A DNA stretch of 64,000 bases from Candidatus Latescibacterota bacterium. Lineage in GTDB: Bacteria > Latescibacterota > UBA2968 > UBA8231. The notes beneath the pieces are model-generated. The model ran no database searches. It saw nothing but the letters and a program-made list of their open reading frames with translations, and was not told where the DNA came from. The position numbers and the translations under genes are program-made. Of this stretch, positions 10,987-20,484 are shown in pieces (positions within the stretch are counted from its first letter, which is position 1; every line of letters starts with the position of its first letter). Location: positions 1,024,001 through 1,088,000 of the forward strand of contig CBDAOB010000005.1 of the NCBI GenBank assembly GCA_965197905.1, read 5' to 3'.

Positions 10987-11802
10987 TCAGCGCCCGAAAC
11001 GAACCAGCTCGAAATTCCGGCTCGCCTCATCCGAGAGGTTGCCGGCGCGATCCCGAGAAAAAAAGAAGAAGGTGTAGGTTCCCAGCAGCGCATCGCCGCG
11101 AATCGGGAAGCTGTAGGAATACCGCCCATCGCCACTCACCAGGTCCCCGATTTCCGCATTGCCATCGTCAAACAGGAGAAAGTGGAATCCTCCCTCCTTG
11201 AAGTCGGTGCCCTCTGCGCTTTCCGCGCTCGCCCCGAAGCTACCGTCCGGCTTCAAGAACTTGAAATAGACTGAATCGATATCCTCAACTCCCTGCGGAT
11301 CGGAGACATTCAGTCGCACGAGCACCGGCAACGCGATCTGTCGCTGCAGGGTGTCCGGTGATTCAATGGCAAACAGGCTGGGGCGCAGATTCTCGACAAA
11401 TATCGACTTCTCCAGGGTGTTCGAAAGGGCGCCTTTGGAATCCATGGCCTGGAACTCAAGTGAGTAATCGCCCGAAAGACCGGCTCCCAGGGTGGAGTCG
11501 AACAATGCACTGAACTTGCCGCTGTCCGCGGAATGTTCGTCGAGGATAGAAAGGGTTTCGACCTTTGCAGACTCTCCGGCGCGCACGAAAGACATCAGCA
11601 CGGCTGGCAGATCGCTTATGGAATCGCTGTCCTGGGCGGTGGCGGCAAATTGGACAGGGTGCGTGCCCGACAGCAGGGAGTCGGGCGCATCGATGCTCAA
11701 CAATACCGGAGCAATGGTTTTGCCGCTCCCAGTGCCTCCATCGCTGCCGCAAGCGTAGAAGAGGAAGGTCGCAAGCACAATCGATATTGAAGTGCGTGGC
11801 AT
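10987..11802 (-). CDS. Lipoprotein with two Ig-like modules and a choice-of-anchor X-like DDG motif
   Basis: Signal plus lipobox 'IVLATFLFYA-C'; 'LFDDGNAEIGDLVSGDGRYS'. Confidence 0.7.
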   Translation of the reverse strand: MPRTSISIVLATFLFYACGSDGGTGSGKTIAPVLLSIDAPDSLLSGTHPVQFAATAQDSDSISDLPAVLMSFVRAGESAKVETLSILDEHSADSGKFSALFDSTLGAGLSGDYSLEFQAMDSKGALSNTLEKSIFVENLRPSLFAIESPDTLQRQIALPVLVRLNVSDPQGVEDIDSVYFKFLKPDGSFGASAESAEGTDFKEGGFHFLLFDDGNAEIGDLVSGDGRYSYSFPIRGDALLGTYTFFFFSRDRAGNLSDEASRNFELVRFGR

Positions 11803-11936
11803 CCACTTTCTCCAACGGAGTGATAATATAAGGTTCAGAATCGGCAGAAAGATAATGGTTCCCAAGCGCTCGCGGAAGCTGGTTAAAATGGCGGCGCGGC
11901 AGGATGGAACTCGCGATGCCGCAAGGCGTTACCTGA

Positions 11937-11965
11937 TTTACACTTTCTGCGCCCTCGCGTATATT
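11937..11965 (+). promoter_or_regulatory. Putative sigma70 promoter of the TonB-receptor operon
   Basis: TTTACA-N17-TATATT, ending 8 bp before the ATG at 11974. Confidence 0.5.
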
Positions 11966-11973
11966 GACATTAT

Positions 11974-14900
11974 ATGTTATCGCCCCGCGCCACGTCTGTC
12001 AGGCGGTTGTATTTCGTCGGGCTGCTGTCCTTTTCGCTGATTCTGCTCTCTGTCGTTCCGCTGTTTGCCGGTAGTGGCAAGATAGCTGGCACCGTTCGCG
12101 ATGCCGGTAATGGCAATCCGCTGCCCGCCGCCAGCGTACGGGTAGTAGGTTCCAAACGCGGTGCGGTCTGCGACCGAAGCGGCCGTTTCTTCATTCTCAA
12201 TGTCCCGTCAGGAGTCTACTCCGTTCGTGCCAGCTACGTCGGTTACGCCGACGTCGTCGTGCAGGACGTGCGGGTGTCTCTCGATCTTACCTCCTCGTTG
12301 AATTTCGAGCTACCGCCTACTGAAATTCGCGTGGCTGAGATGGTGGTGCGGGCCGAGCGCCCCATCATCGACAAGAACGCCACCAATGCGGTGCGCATCG
12401 TCGGTGGTCCCCAGCTCGAGGCCCTGCCGTTTCGCGGGGTGCAAAACGCCTTGGCGATTCAGGCCGGTGTGGTCGAGGACGAGGGGCGGCTCCACGTTCG
12501 CGGTTCGCGAGCCGATGAGGTGGCGTATTTCGTCGAAGGGGCCAACGTGCGCAACCCCATTACAGGATTCAGCGCCGTCACCCTCATCGATGAGGCCTTG
12601 CAGGAAGTGCAACTGCAGGCCGGCGGATTCAACGCCGAATATGGCGGCGCCAACGGCGGCATCGTGCTTCAGGAACTGCGCACCGCCGGTCCCGCGTGGG
12701 ACGTCGGTTTTGTACTCGAGTCCGATCGCATCTCTTCGAAGTACAAGAAGCGGCTCGGCACCTACTCCTACGGCTACGGCGGCCAGGTGCTTACCATGAG
12801 CGGCCCCGTTCGGGGCAATCAGAATGTGCGTGCGCTGGTGGCGGCCCAACGCCGGGTCCGCGACTCGCGACCGGTATTCTGGCAGGGATTCCGCTTCGAG
12901 AATCTGGTGGACACGGGGGACCGGGGTGGGCGGATACATTGGGTGAATGGCTCGAACCCGGACACGGTTCGCGTACTGCGGATGAAGCCGGGCAACATCG
13001 ACCACACCGGCAGATCTCAGGTGGATGTCAACACCAATCTCCTGTTCGACTACCAGCCAATACAACTGCGGGTAACCGGCCTTTATTCCTTCGACGAGAT
13101 CGAGCTCAACCCGGCGCCGGTCCGAAACATGCTCAACACCGGGCGCCTGCCCCTATCCGAAAGCAGCTCGGGTTTACTCAACCTCAAGGCAACCCACGTT
13201 CTCGACGCTTCCACCTTTCTTCAGCTTCATTGGAGTTTTTACAAGCAGCGCCGCGAGACCTTCGATTCCGCGCTGGGCTCCAACTTCGTGGCCTACAACG
13301 ACAGCGCGGCGGTGGCGGAGGTTTTGTCTGACGGTATCCCCTATACACGTCAGGGTGCGCCGCCGCAGCCGTACGATATCAACGGCTTTCCATTTAGCCG
13401 TCCGGGGACGCCTACTTCTTTCGCCAATGGCAGCGAACGCTCGAGCGCTTACAGCAAAGAAGAAGATACCTACGCAGGGGTGGGAGGCAGCGTCACCAAG
13501 CAGCGCGGAAAACACCAGTTAAGGGCGGGATTTGATCTGCAGCGCTGGACTTCCCGCCGGTACCTGGTGGTGCTGAGCTCGCTCAGGTCCGGAATTCAAA
13601 ACACCTACCCGAATCTGGAGGAGGTGTACGAGCGGTACTACGCGGGCGAAATCGGCGAAGGCGAGATTCTCGCCGGTTTGATCGATGCTGCCAAGGTAGC
13701 TCCCGCAGGGGAAGGTGACCTCGCGGATTTTCGCGATTTCATGCGCAACACCAGCCGCGGCGATTTCTTTGGCTACGACGAGTTCGGGAGGCGGAACGAC
13801 ACTGACGGGTTGGAAGGTCCGCGGCATCCGCTTCTCGCATCGGCCTACCTTCAGGACAAGCTTGAATACGACGATCTCATTGTTCAGGCCGGTTGGCGCT
13901 GGGACTATTTCGACGCCGACAGCTGGCGTTTTGTCGATCCAGCGGCGCCCGTTCGCGATCAAGATCGGTTCACGGCCGTCGTACGCGATGACTCCGTCGG
14001 CACCTACACCGGCGTACCCGACGCGTCTATCATGCGCAAGACCCGCTCGTTTTCGGAGCTAAGTCCGCGGCTGGGTATTTCGTTTCCCGTGAGCGAGAGA
14101 ACCGTCTTCCACGTGCAGTACGGGCGCTTCTCCCAGATGCCGGCGATGCGCAGCATGTTCCGCGGGGGCGTCGGTCTTGCCGTCGAGTTGGGGGGACAGA
14201 ATTTCATCCCGTTTCCCACTGCGTTCGACGTGGAACCGGTGCGCACTACCCAGTACGAGATCGGCGTGGGACATCAGTTCCACGACAAGGCCTCCGTCGA
14301 TCTCACCGGGTTCTACCGCGACGTGAAGGGACAGCTGCAGCTGCAGCGCCAGCAGCTGTCCGCAGGTGCGGTCGATGCCAGTGCCTACAACTATCTGCAA
14401 AACGGCGATTTTGCCACCACCAGAGGTTTGGAGCTGGTGCTGCGGATGCGCCGTGCGCAACGATTGCTGACGCAGTTCGACTACACCTTGTCCGACGCAC
14501 GCGGCACTGGCTCGAGTCTCAACAGCGCCGTTGCCGGGGTGGAAAACAACACCAATCTGCCGACGGTCATCTCTCCACTCGACTTCAACCAGCGCCACAA
14601 GGGCAGCCTGATGCTGGACTATCGTTTTCCCGAGGATGAAGGCGGCCTCATTCTGCAGCGTATGGCAGTGAATCTCTTGATGGGGTTTACCAGCGGGCAC
14701 AACTACACCCTGGTCACCGGTTCCATCGGTCAGCGGGGTCCCGAGCTCGGGGGTATTCTGGCCAGCGACGATCCACGCTCGCGACAACCCCTGGAGTCGA
14801 TCAATAGCTCCTCGACGCCGTGGACCTTCAACGTCGACCTCAAGATCAACCGTGGATTCGACCTCTTCGGGAGTGATGCCACCGCATACTTCTACATTCA

Positions 14901-15144
14901 GAATTTCTTCAATCGCAAGAATGTGATCAACGTGTACGGGCGCACCGGCAACGATCGGGACGACGGATTTCTGACCGATCCCGATTTGAGCGGTCGAATC
15001 GTCGAAGCGAATGGGGGCGAGCAGTACCGCCGGTTCTACGAGGCGATAAACCTGGACAATCGCCAACACTACTGGTTTACCGAGCGCGGTGATATCTACG
15101 CGACGCCGCGGCGGATCCGTTTCGGGGTAAGGGTGGGTTTTTGA
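11974..15144 (+). CDS. TonB-dependent receptor (carboxypeptidase-regulatory-like N-domain, plug, beta-barrel)
   Basis: Signal peptide; 'GKIAGTVRD...GRFFILNVPSGVYSVRASYVGY'; plug 'HVRGSRADEVAYFVEG' and 'GGFNAEYG'; 'SAYLQDKLEY', 'SPRLGISFPV'; terminal Phe in 'PRRIRFGVRVGF'. Confidence 0.92.
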   Translation: MLSPRATSVRRLYFVGLLSFSLILLSVVPLFAGSGKIAGTVRDAGNGNPLPAASVRVVGSKRGAVCDRSGRFFILNVPSGVYSVRASYVGYADVVVQDVRVSLDLTSSLNFELPPTEIRVAEMVVRAERPIIDKNATNAVRIVGGPQLEALPFRGVQNALAIQAGVVEDEGRLHVRGSRADEVAYFVEGANVRNPITGFSAVTLIDEALQEVQLQAGGFNAEYGGANGGIVLQELRTAGPAWDVGFVLESDRISSKYKKRLGTYSYGYGGQVLTMSGPVRGNQNVRALVAAQRRVRDSRPVFWQGFRFENLVDTGDRGGRIHWVNGSNPDTVRVLRMKPGNIDHTGRSQVDVNTNLLFDYQPIQLRVTGLYSFDEIELNPAPVRNMLNTGRLPLSESSSGLLNLKATHVLDASTFLQLHWSFYKQRRETFDSALGSNFVAYNDSAAVAEVLSDGIPYTRQGAPPQPYDINGFPFSRPGTPTSFANGSERSSAYSKEEDTYAGVGGSVTKQRGKHQLRAGFDLQRWTSRRYLVVLSSLRSGIQNTYPNLEEVYERYYAGEIGEGEILAGLIDAAKVAPAGEGDLADFRDFMRNTSRGDFFGYDEFGRRNDTDGLEGPRHPLLASAYLQDKLEYDDLIVQAGWRWDYFDADSWRFVDPAAPVRDQDRFTAVVRDDSVGTYTGVPDASIMRKTRSFSELSPRLGISFPVSERTVFHVQYGRFSQMPAMRSMFRGGVGLAVELGGQNFIPFPTAFDVEPVRTTQYEIGVGHQFHDKASVDLTGFYRDVKGQLQLQRQQLSAGAVDASAYNYLQNGDFATTRGLELVLRMRRAQRLLTQFDYTLSDARGTGSSLNSAVAGVENNTNLPTVISPLDFNQRHKGSLMLDYRFPEDEGGLILQRMAVNLLMGFTSGHNYTLVTGSIGQRGPELGGILASDDPRSRQPLESINSSSTPWTFNVDLKINRGFDLFGSDATAYFYIQNFFNRKNVINVYGRTGNDRDDGFLTDPDLSGRIVEANGGEQYRRFYEAINLDNRQHYWFTERGDIYATPRRIRFGVRVGF

Positions 15145-18100
15145 GACAGCGACTCGCACTTGCGGTGGATCGACGAGGCATAAGGGCTGTCGTGTTTTCG
15201 GGTGTGATAACCCTCGCGTGGGTTGGCATGATGGTGTCGCCCGTCGAAGCCCGCCAGCAAAGCACCGTTTCGGTCCACGGAGTAGCCGCCGAGGTTTCGC
15301 TGCTCGGTGAGCGTTCCCTGTTGAACATCAACAACCTGTCCATGTGGTTTCGGCGCGACGGCTGGTCCGCCCGCCACCCCCTGCGGGTGAATTTCTCTGG
15401 CGTCACCTTTCCCAGGTCCACTGATCAAGTGGTCTACCAGGACGGGCTTGTGTGGGGTGGCAGGGTGTTGGACGGCGATCCCCAGGAGATCCGGGTGGGT
15501 GGACAGACCTTCGAGATTGGCACGGTTCCCGGGGCCATTACCAGCAAAGGCGTGCCGGAAGACCCGAACGATCCCAGGGTGCGCATCTACCGCGTGCGCG
15601 GCGACTACGAGACCACGGATCTTGAGCTCGATACCGCCGAGCTTCTGGATAAACCGCTGAGCCAGGTGAGCGACGACGAGGTCGCGCTCGTGCGCGCCCA
15701 ATATGCGGCCGACTGGCGCGAATGGCCCTGGCGCAAGGGAGCTCCCTTCTTCGATCGGGATGGAGACGGAAGCTACGATCCGGAGATAGATGAACCCTCC
15801 TTCCGCAACATCGACTGTACCGATGCACCTGACCCGTGTGCGAACAACGCCGACCAGATCGCCTGGTTCGTTGTGAATGACTTGAATCGTGGCGCCACCA
15901 GCGCGCTCTACGGCTCCAAGCCTATCGGACTCGAGATGCAGCTTACGTTATGGGCGTACGCGCGGACCAACGCCCTTGGCGACGCCATCTTCAAGCGTTA
16001 CAAGCTCCACTACAAGGGCACCGCGGAGGCAACCAGCGATGCCGCGATCGAGGATATGTATCTCTCCCTCTGGTCCGACCCGGACATCGGTGATTTCGGC
16101 GACGACTTCGCCGGCTCGGACACCGAACTGAATATGGGATTCGCCTACAACGCCAATCCGGAGGATGATCACTACCGCGTTTTCGAGCTGCCGCCGCCCG
16201 CCGTTGGGTACGATTTCCTGCAAGGACCGACCGTTATCGACGCCGATAGCGAGGGAGTATTCGATTTTCGGCGTCAGCGCGGGATTCGCAACCTGCCCAT
16301 GACATCGTTTGTCTACTTCGCGGCCGGCAGCGCCGTGGACGATCCACAGCTAGGGCGCTATTCCGGTACCCAGGAATGGTACAACCTGCTGCGCGGTTTT
16401 CAGCCCCAACCCAACATCGTCGAGCCGGTGCCATTCACCGATCCGAACACGGGCGAGGACAGCGTGTTTGCGCTCGATGGCGATCCGGTAAGAGGGACCG
16501 GGTGGGTGGACGGAATCCCACTACCGCCGGGCGATCGCCGCATCGTCATGAATACAGGACCGTTTTCCATGGCGTTGAACGACAGCCAGGAGGTGGTGGT
16601 GGCGCTGCTTGCCGGCCTTGGGAGCGACCATCTGCGCAGCGTTGATCGCCTGAAATTCTCCAACCGGTTCATCCAGGAGGCGTATGACGGCCTGTTTCAA
16701 ATTCCGGCTCCCCCCGCCGGGCCCAAGGTGCGCTCAGCGGTGGGCGATGGGGCGATTGTGCTGGATTGGGGGTTCGACCCTGGCGCCATGGACGCTACTG
16801 AAAATAACCTTGCCAGCACGTTCATGTTCGAGGGTTACAACCTGTATCAGTTCCCCTCTCTCGAGGCGGATATCTCCCAGGGCGTCAAGCTGGCGACGTT
16901 CGATCTCGCGAACGGAATTACCACCATATTGGGCGAAGAGCTGGACGATAGCTCCGGAGAAGTGCTCCGCCTTCCGCAGCAGATCGGTACCGATTCTGGA
17001 TTGAGATGGGTCTTTCGCGTCACGCGTGACGCTTTGCGCGCCGAGCCTCTGATCAATGGCCAGCCCTACTATTTTGCCGTAACCGCCTATAGTCGCAATA
17101 CAGAACCGGATGCGATCATCACGGCGTTGGAGTCCGTGCCTCGAAAACTCAGCGTCGTCCCTCAACAGGCACGTCCTGGGATTCGCCGTGACGCCGAAAT
17201 GAATGAGGTCATTCCGGTGCGGCAAGTCGCCGGCACCGGGGATGTGGTGGTTCGTCCTGTTGTCGTCAACCCGGTAGCCGTGGTAGACGCCACCTACACG
17301 GTGGATTTCGAACCGGGTTCCTGGAGTTTGTGGCGCGAAGACGAGGTGATCCTCAGCGGCCAGGACAACTACAGTCTCGATGACGGGTATCTGGCCGTGG
17401 ACGGCATCCAGGTGAAGGTGGGAAATCCTGTTCGCGAAACCCCTACCACCTTTTCCAACGCTACAGTCCTGATCGACGCCGATCCGACGGACGGCGAGCT
17501 CTCCTTCTGGGGTGATCCGACCTTGTTCGAGGAGGTCGACGGGTATGCCTCCACCTTCTGGGACGGGGGTGGGACCAATGATCCGGATCTGCTCGGGCGC
17601 GATCTGGAGCTCAGGTTTACCGGCATTCTCAATGCCGATGGATCTGAAGTAATTAATGGTGGCTCCAACGCGACGCTAGGAGGAGTACAACCGGGTTCCG
17701 CCGAGCGCTCACTGGACGCCCATCCGTTCCGTCCGTCTTCCGCCCCCGCAACCGGTCCGTTTCTGCAGCGGGTGCCGTTCGAGGTCTGGGACGTGGAGGA
17801 TCCCGAGGAGCCGCGCCAGCTGAACGCGTCGATCTTCGACCGTGGGGCCGACGGATCGGATAGTCGCAGCAGCGCCGCGTATCACAAGACCTACAACATG
17901 GCCGGTCGCGACTATATCACTATCGTGGCCACTCCATACGACTCCACCGCCATCCACACGCTGACCGATGCGAACACCACCTGGACTGTCTTCTTTCGGC
18001 AAGGTGGGTTATCTGCTTGGTCGACTGGCGATGTTTTACGCATCGAATATCCCAGTGTTCTGGTCCCAGGCGAAGACCGGTTCCAGTTCACCACCCGCGC

Positions 18101-18452
18101 GCAGAGGTACACGCTGGAAGCAGCGCGGGTGGATGTAAAGCGGATCAACGTCTTTCCGAATCCGTACTACGGGTTGAACCTGGCGGAGACCAGCAGCCAC
18201 GAGGGTTTCGTCACCTTCAGCCACGTGCCGGAGAAGGTTACCGTGCGCCTGTTCGATCTTGCGGGCAACCTGGTGCGCAGGTTGGAGAAGAACGATCCGG
18301 ACCAGTTTCTGCAATGGGACCTGCTGAACGATAACGAGCTTCCGGTGGCCAGTGGCATGTTCATCGCCCATATCGAGATGCCCGACTTGAAGGCCAGCAA
18401 GATTCTACAGCTGGCAATCGTTCAAGAGCAGCAGTTTCTGGAGAATTACTGA
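15141..18452 (+). CDS. Large secreted protein with FN3-like module and T9SS/FlgD-like C-terminal domain
   Basis: N-terminal hydrophobic signal; 'YYFAVTAY'; C-terminal 'INVFPNPYYG...VRLFDLAGNLVRRL...WDLLNDNELPVASGMFIAHI'. Start overlaps the receptor stop codon. Confidence 0.8.
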   Translation: MRQRLALAVDRRGIRAVVFSGVITLAWVGMMVSPVEARQQSTVSVHGVAAEVSLLGERSLLNINNLSMWFRRDGWSARHPLRVNFSGVTFPRSTDQVVYQDGLVWGGRVLDGDPQEIRVGGQTFEIGTVPGAITSKGVPEDPNDPRVRIYRVRGDYETTDLELDTAELLDKPLSQVSDDEVALVRAQYAADWREWPWRKGAPFFDRDGDGSYDPEIDEPSFRNIDCTDAPDPCANNADQIAWFVVNDLNRGATSALYGSKPIGLEMQLTLWAYARTNALGDAIFKRYKLHYKGTAEATSDAAIEDMYLSLWSDPDIGDFGDDFAGSDTELNMGFAYNANPEDDHYRVFELPPPAVGYDFLQGPTVIDADSEGVFDFRRQRGIRNLPMTSFVYFAAGSAVDDPQLGRYSGTQEWYNLLRGFQPQPNIVEPVPFTDPNTGEDSVFALDGDPVRGTGWVDGIPLPPGDRRIVMNTGPFSMALNDSQEVVVALLAGLGSDHLRSVDRLKFSNRFIQEAYDGLFQIPAPPAGPKVRSAVGDGAIVLDWGFDPGAMDATENNLASTFMFEGYNLYQFPSLEADISQGVKLATFDLANGITTILGEELDDSSGEVLRLPQQIGTDSGLRWVFRVTRDALRAEPLINGQPYYFAVTAYSRNTEPDAIITALESVPRKLSVVPQQARPGIRRDAEMNEVIPVRQVAGTGDVVVRPVVVNPVAVVDATYTVDFEPGSWSLWREDEVILSGQDNYSLDDGYLAVDGIQVKVGNPVRETPTTFSNATVLIDADPTDGELSFWGDPTLFEEVDGYASTFWDGGGTNDPDLLGRDLELRFTGILNADGSEVINGGSNATLGGVQPGSAERSLDAHPFRPSSAPATGPFLQRVPFEVWDVEDPEEPRQLNASIFDRGADGSDSRSSAAYHKTYNMAGRDYITIVATPYDSTAIHTLTDANTTWTVFFRQGGLSAWSTGDVLRIEYPSVLVPGEDRFQFTTRAQRYTLEAARVDVKRINVFPNPYYGLNLAETSSHEGFVTFSHVPEKVTVRLFDLAGNLVRRLEKNDPDQFLQWDLLNDNELPVASGMFIAHIEMPDLKASKILQLAIVQEQQFLENY

Positions 18453-19504
18453 TGTCGTTTCTGAAACTGCTTGCGAGGCGATGGCGGATCTGCCGTTTCG
18501 CTGCTGGTGTTTTTCTCCTCGCCTTGACCATCGCGGAGGCCGCTTTGGCTAGCGGTCAAAATCGCGTGGGCACCGCTGCTGCTCCCGAGCTGCTGATACC
18601 GGTGGGTGCACGGGACATGGCCATGGGTGGCGCCGCCATCGCCACCACCTCGGGTGTCGAGGCATTGCATTGGAATCCGGCGGGCCTGGCTCGAGGGTCC
18701 GACGGGGCGGCCAGCTTGATGTTTTCCACCATGGCTTACATCGCCAATATCCGCCTGAACTACGCGGCCGTGAGCCGACGTTTCGGCGGTTGGGGTCACG
18801 TGGCCATTCACCTTAAAGCTTTGGATTTTGGCGAGATTCCTATCACGACCGAACGGGCGCCCGATGGAACCGGAGGACGTTTTTCACCGACCTTCCTCAC
18901 GCTCGGCACCTCTTTCGCCAGCGCTTTGACGGATCGGATCAACGTCGGTTTTACGACTCGCTACATCGTCAACCGCATCGACAGGGTTGAAGCCACGGCC
19001 GTTGCCTTCAGCGGCGGGCTGCAATACGCCAATCTCGGCTCGATCAATGGTCTCGACCTCGGGGTGACGGTCAAACATATAGGCACGCGCATGGGATTCG
19101 GGGGGTCCGGGCTGCTGCGGATGGGACAGCTGGACGATCTGCGTCGTCCAGGCTCCATCTATAAGGTGCCCTCCAGCTCGGCAGACCTGCCCTCGCTGTT
19201 CGAGCTTGGGATCGCCTACGGGTATTCCGGTGCCCGCTTCTCCTCCGTCTTTCAACACCACAACTTCGCCTTCGACCAGTGGAAGACCGGGCTCGAGTTC
19301 GAGGTCAACGAGTTTTTGGCGGTGCGATCCGGTTTCGATTTTGCCGCTGGCGCCGAGGACAGAGAGTACATCTTCGGAACCAGCTTCGGGGCGGGTTTGC
19401 GATTTAAGGTGCCGACGGTGGAACGAATTCGCGTTGATTATGCCTACACCGCGACCGAGTATTTCGATGGTCTCGACACGTTCACCATACTGCTCGAATT
19501 CTAG
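18452..19504 (+). CDS. PorV/PorQ-family (UPF0164/FadL-like) outer-membrane beta-barrel
   Basis: 'GTAAAPELLIPVGARDMAMGGA' and 'HWNPAGLA' signatures; amphipathic strands; terminal Phe. Confidence 0.85.
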   Translation: MSFLKLLARRWRICRFAAGVFLLALTIAEAALASGQNRVGTAAAPELLIPVGARDMAMGGAAIATTSGVEALHWNPAGLARGSDGAASLMFSTMAYIANIRLNYAAVSRRFGGWGHVAIHLKALDFGEIPITTERAPDGTGGRFSPTFLTLGTSFASALTDRINVGFTTRYIVNRIDRVEATAVAFSGGLQYANLGSINGLDLGVTVKHIGTRMGFGGSGLLRMGQLDDLRRPGSIYKVPSSSADLPSLFELGIAYGYSGARFSSVFQHHNFAFDQWKTGLEFEVNEFLAVRSGFDFAAGAEDREYIFGTSFGAGLRFKVPTVERIRVDYAYTATEYFDGLDTFTILLEF

Positions 19505-19671
19505 GGCCCTTCAACAACCTCCTGATTCCGGCCCCCGCCCGGTTTGACTCGTTACGTTGCGCTTACGCCTCATAGCCTTAATATGGCTTGTTCGCGGGTG
19601 CCGACGACGCGGGCGCCACGAAGCCGAAATTCTGCGGACGGCTGATCATTCAACAAGGCATTAAGACAGCG

Positions 19672-20442
19672 ATGGGCGAGAGCGACGTACTCAAATCATT
19701 CAAGCTTGATGGCCGGGTAGCCATGGTAACGGGTGGAGCCAGCGGTATCGGCAAAGGCATAGGGGAGGCATTGGGTGCGGCCGGGGCGCGGGTCGCGATC
19801 ACCGACTTCAACCAGGATGCGGCGAACGAGACGGTGAAAGAGTTTACCGAGCAAGGAAGGGAGGCGATGCCAGTGGTCATGGATGTCACTGACAGCTCCC
19901 AGGTTCGCCGCGGTGTGGATGAGTTGATCGCTGCATGGAACGGCATCGACATCCTGGTCAACTCAGCGGGAATTGCGATCAAGGCCGCCGCCCTCGACTA
20001 TCCTGAGGAGGACTGGGACCGGATTATCGCGGTAAATCTCAAGGGGACCTTCCTGCCGATGCAGACCGTGGCCCGTCACATGGCCAGCCGCAAGCGGGGC
20101 AAGGTGATCAACATCGCCTCTATAGGTTCATTTGTCGCTTACCCGGGCAGCATGGCCTATCTCGCCAGCAAAGGAGGCGTCGCCCAACTCACGCGCTCCT
20201 TCGCCCTCGAGCTGGCGGATCAGAATGTCCAGGTCAACGCGATCGCGCCCACCCTCTGCAATACGCCGATGACCAAACGAGTACGATCGGACACCGCCGA
20301 CTACTTCGTCGAGCGTACCCCGATGGGCCGTATGGCCGAACCGGAGGACATGGGGGGTGCGGCGGTATACCTGGCATCGGACGCATCCAACATGGTGACC
20401 GGCCACATCCTCCCCGTTGATGGCGGATTCCTGATCGCCTGA
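19672..20442 (+). CDS. SDR-family oxidoreductase (gluconate 5-dehydrogenase-like)
   Basis: TGGASGIG, NSAG, YLASK, VDGG. Confidence 0.9.
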   Translation: MGESDVLKSFKLDGRVAMVTGGASGIGKGIGEALGAAGARVAITDFNQDAANETVKEFTEQGREAMPVVMDVTDSSQVRRGVDELIAAWNGIDILVNSAGIAIKAAALDYPEEDWDRIIAVNLKGTFLPMQTVARHMASRKRGKVINIASIGSFVAYPGSMAYLASKGGVAQLTRSFALELADQNVQVNAIAPTLCNTPMTKRVRSDTADYFVERTPMGRMAEPEDMGGAAVYLASDASNMVTGHILPVDGGFLIA

Positions 20443-20484
20443 ATGCGGCCGGCACTTGCGGTCGCCAACCGAACGGAGAAAACC

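Noticed and set aside
10987..19504. Calling the cassette a classical SusCD PUL or a complete T9SS locus
   Set aside because: No SusD-like lipoprotein lies downstream of the receptor, and there are no SprA/PorU/Gld genes in the window.
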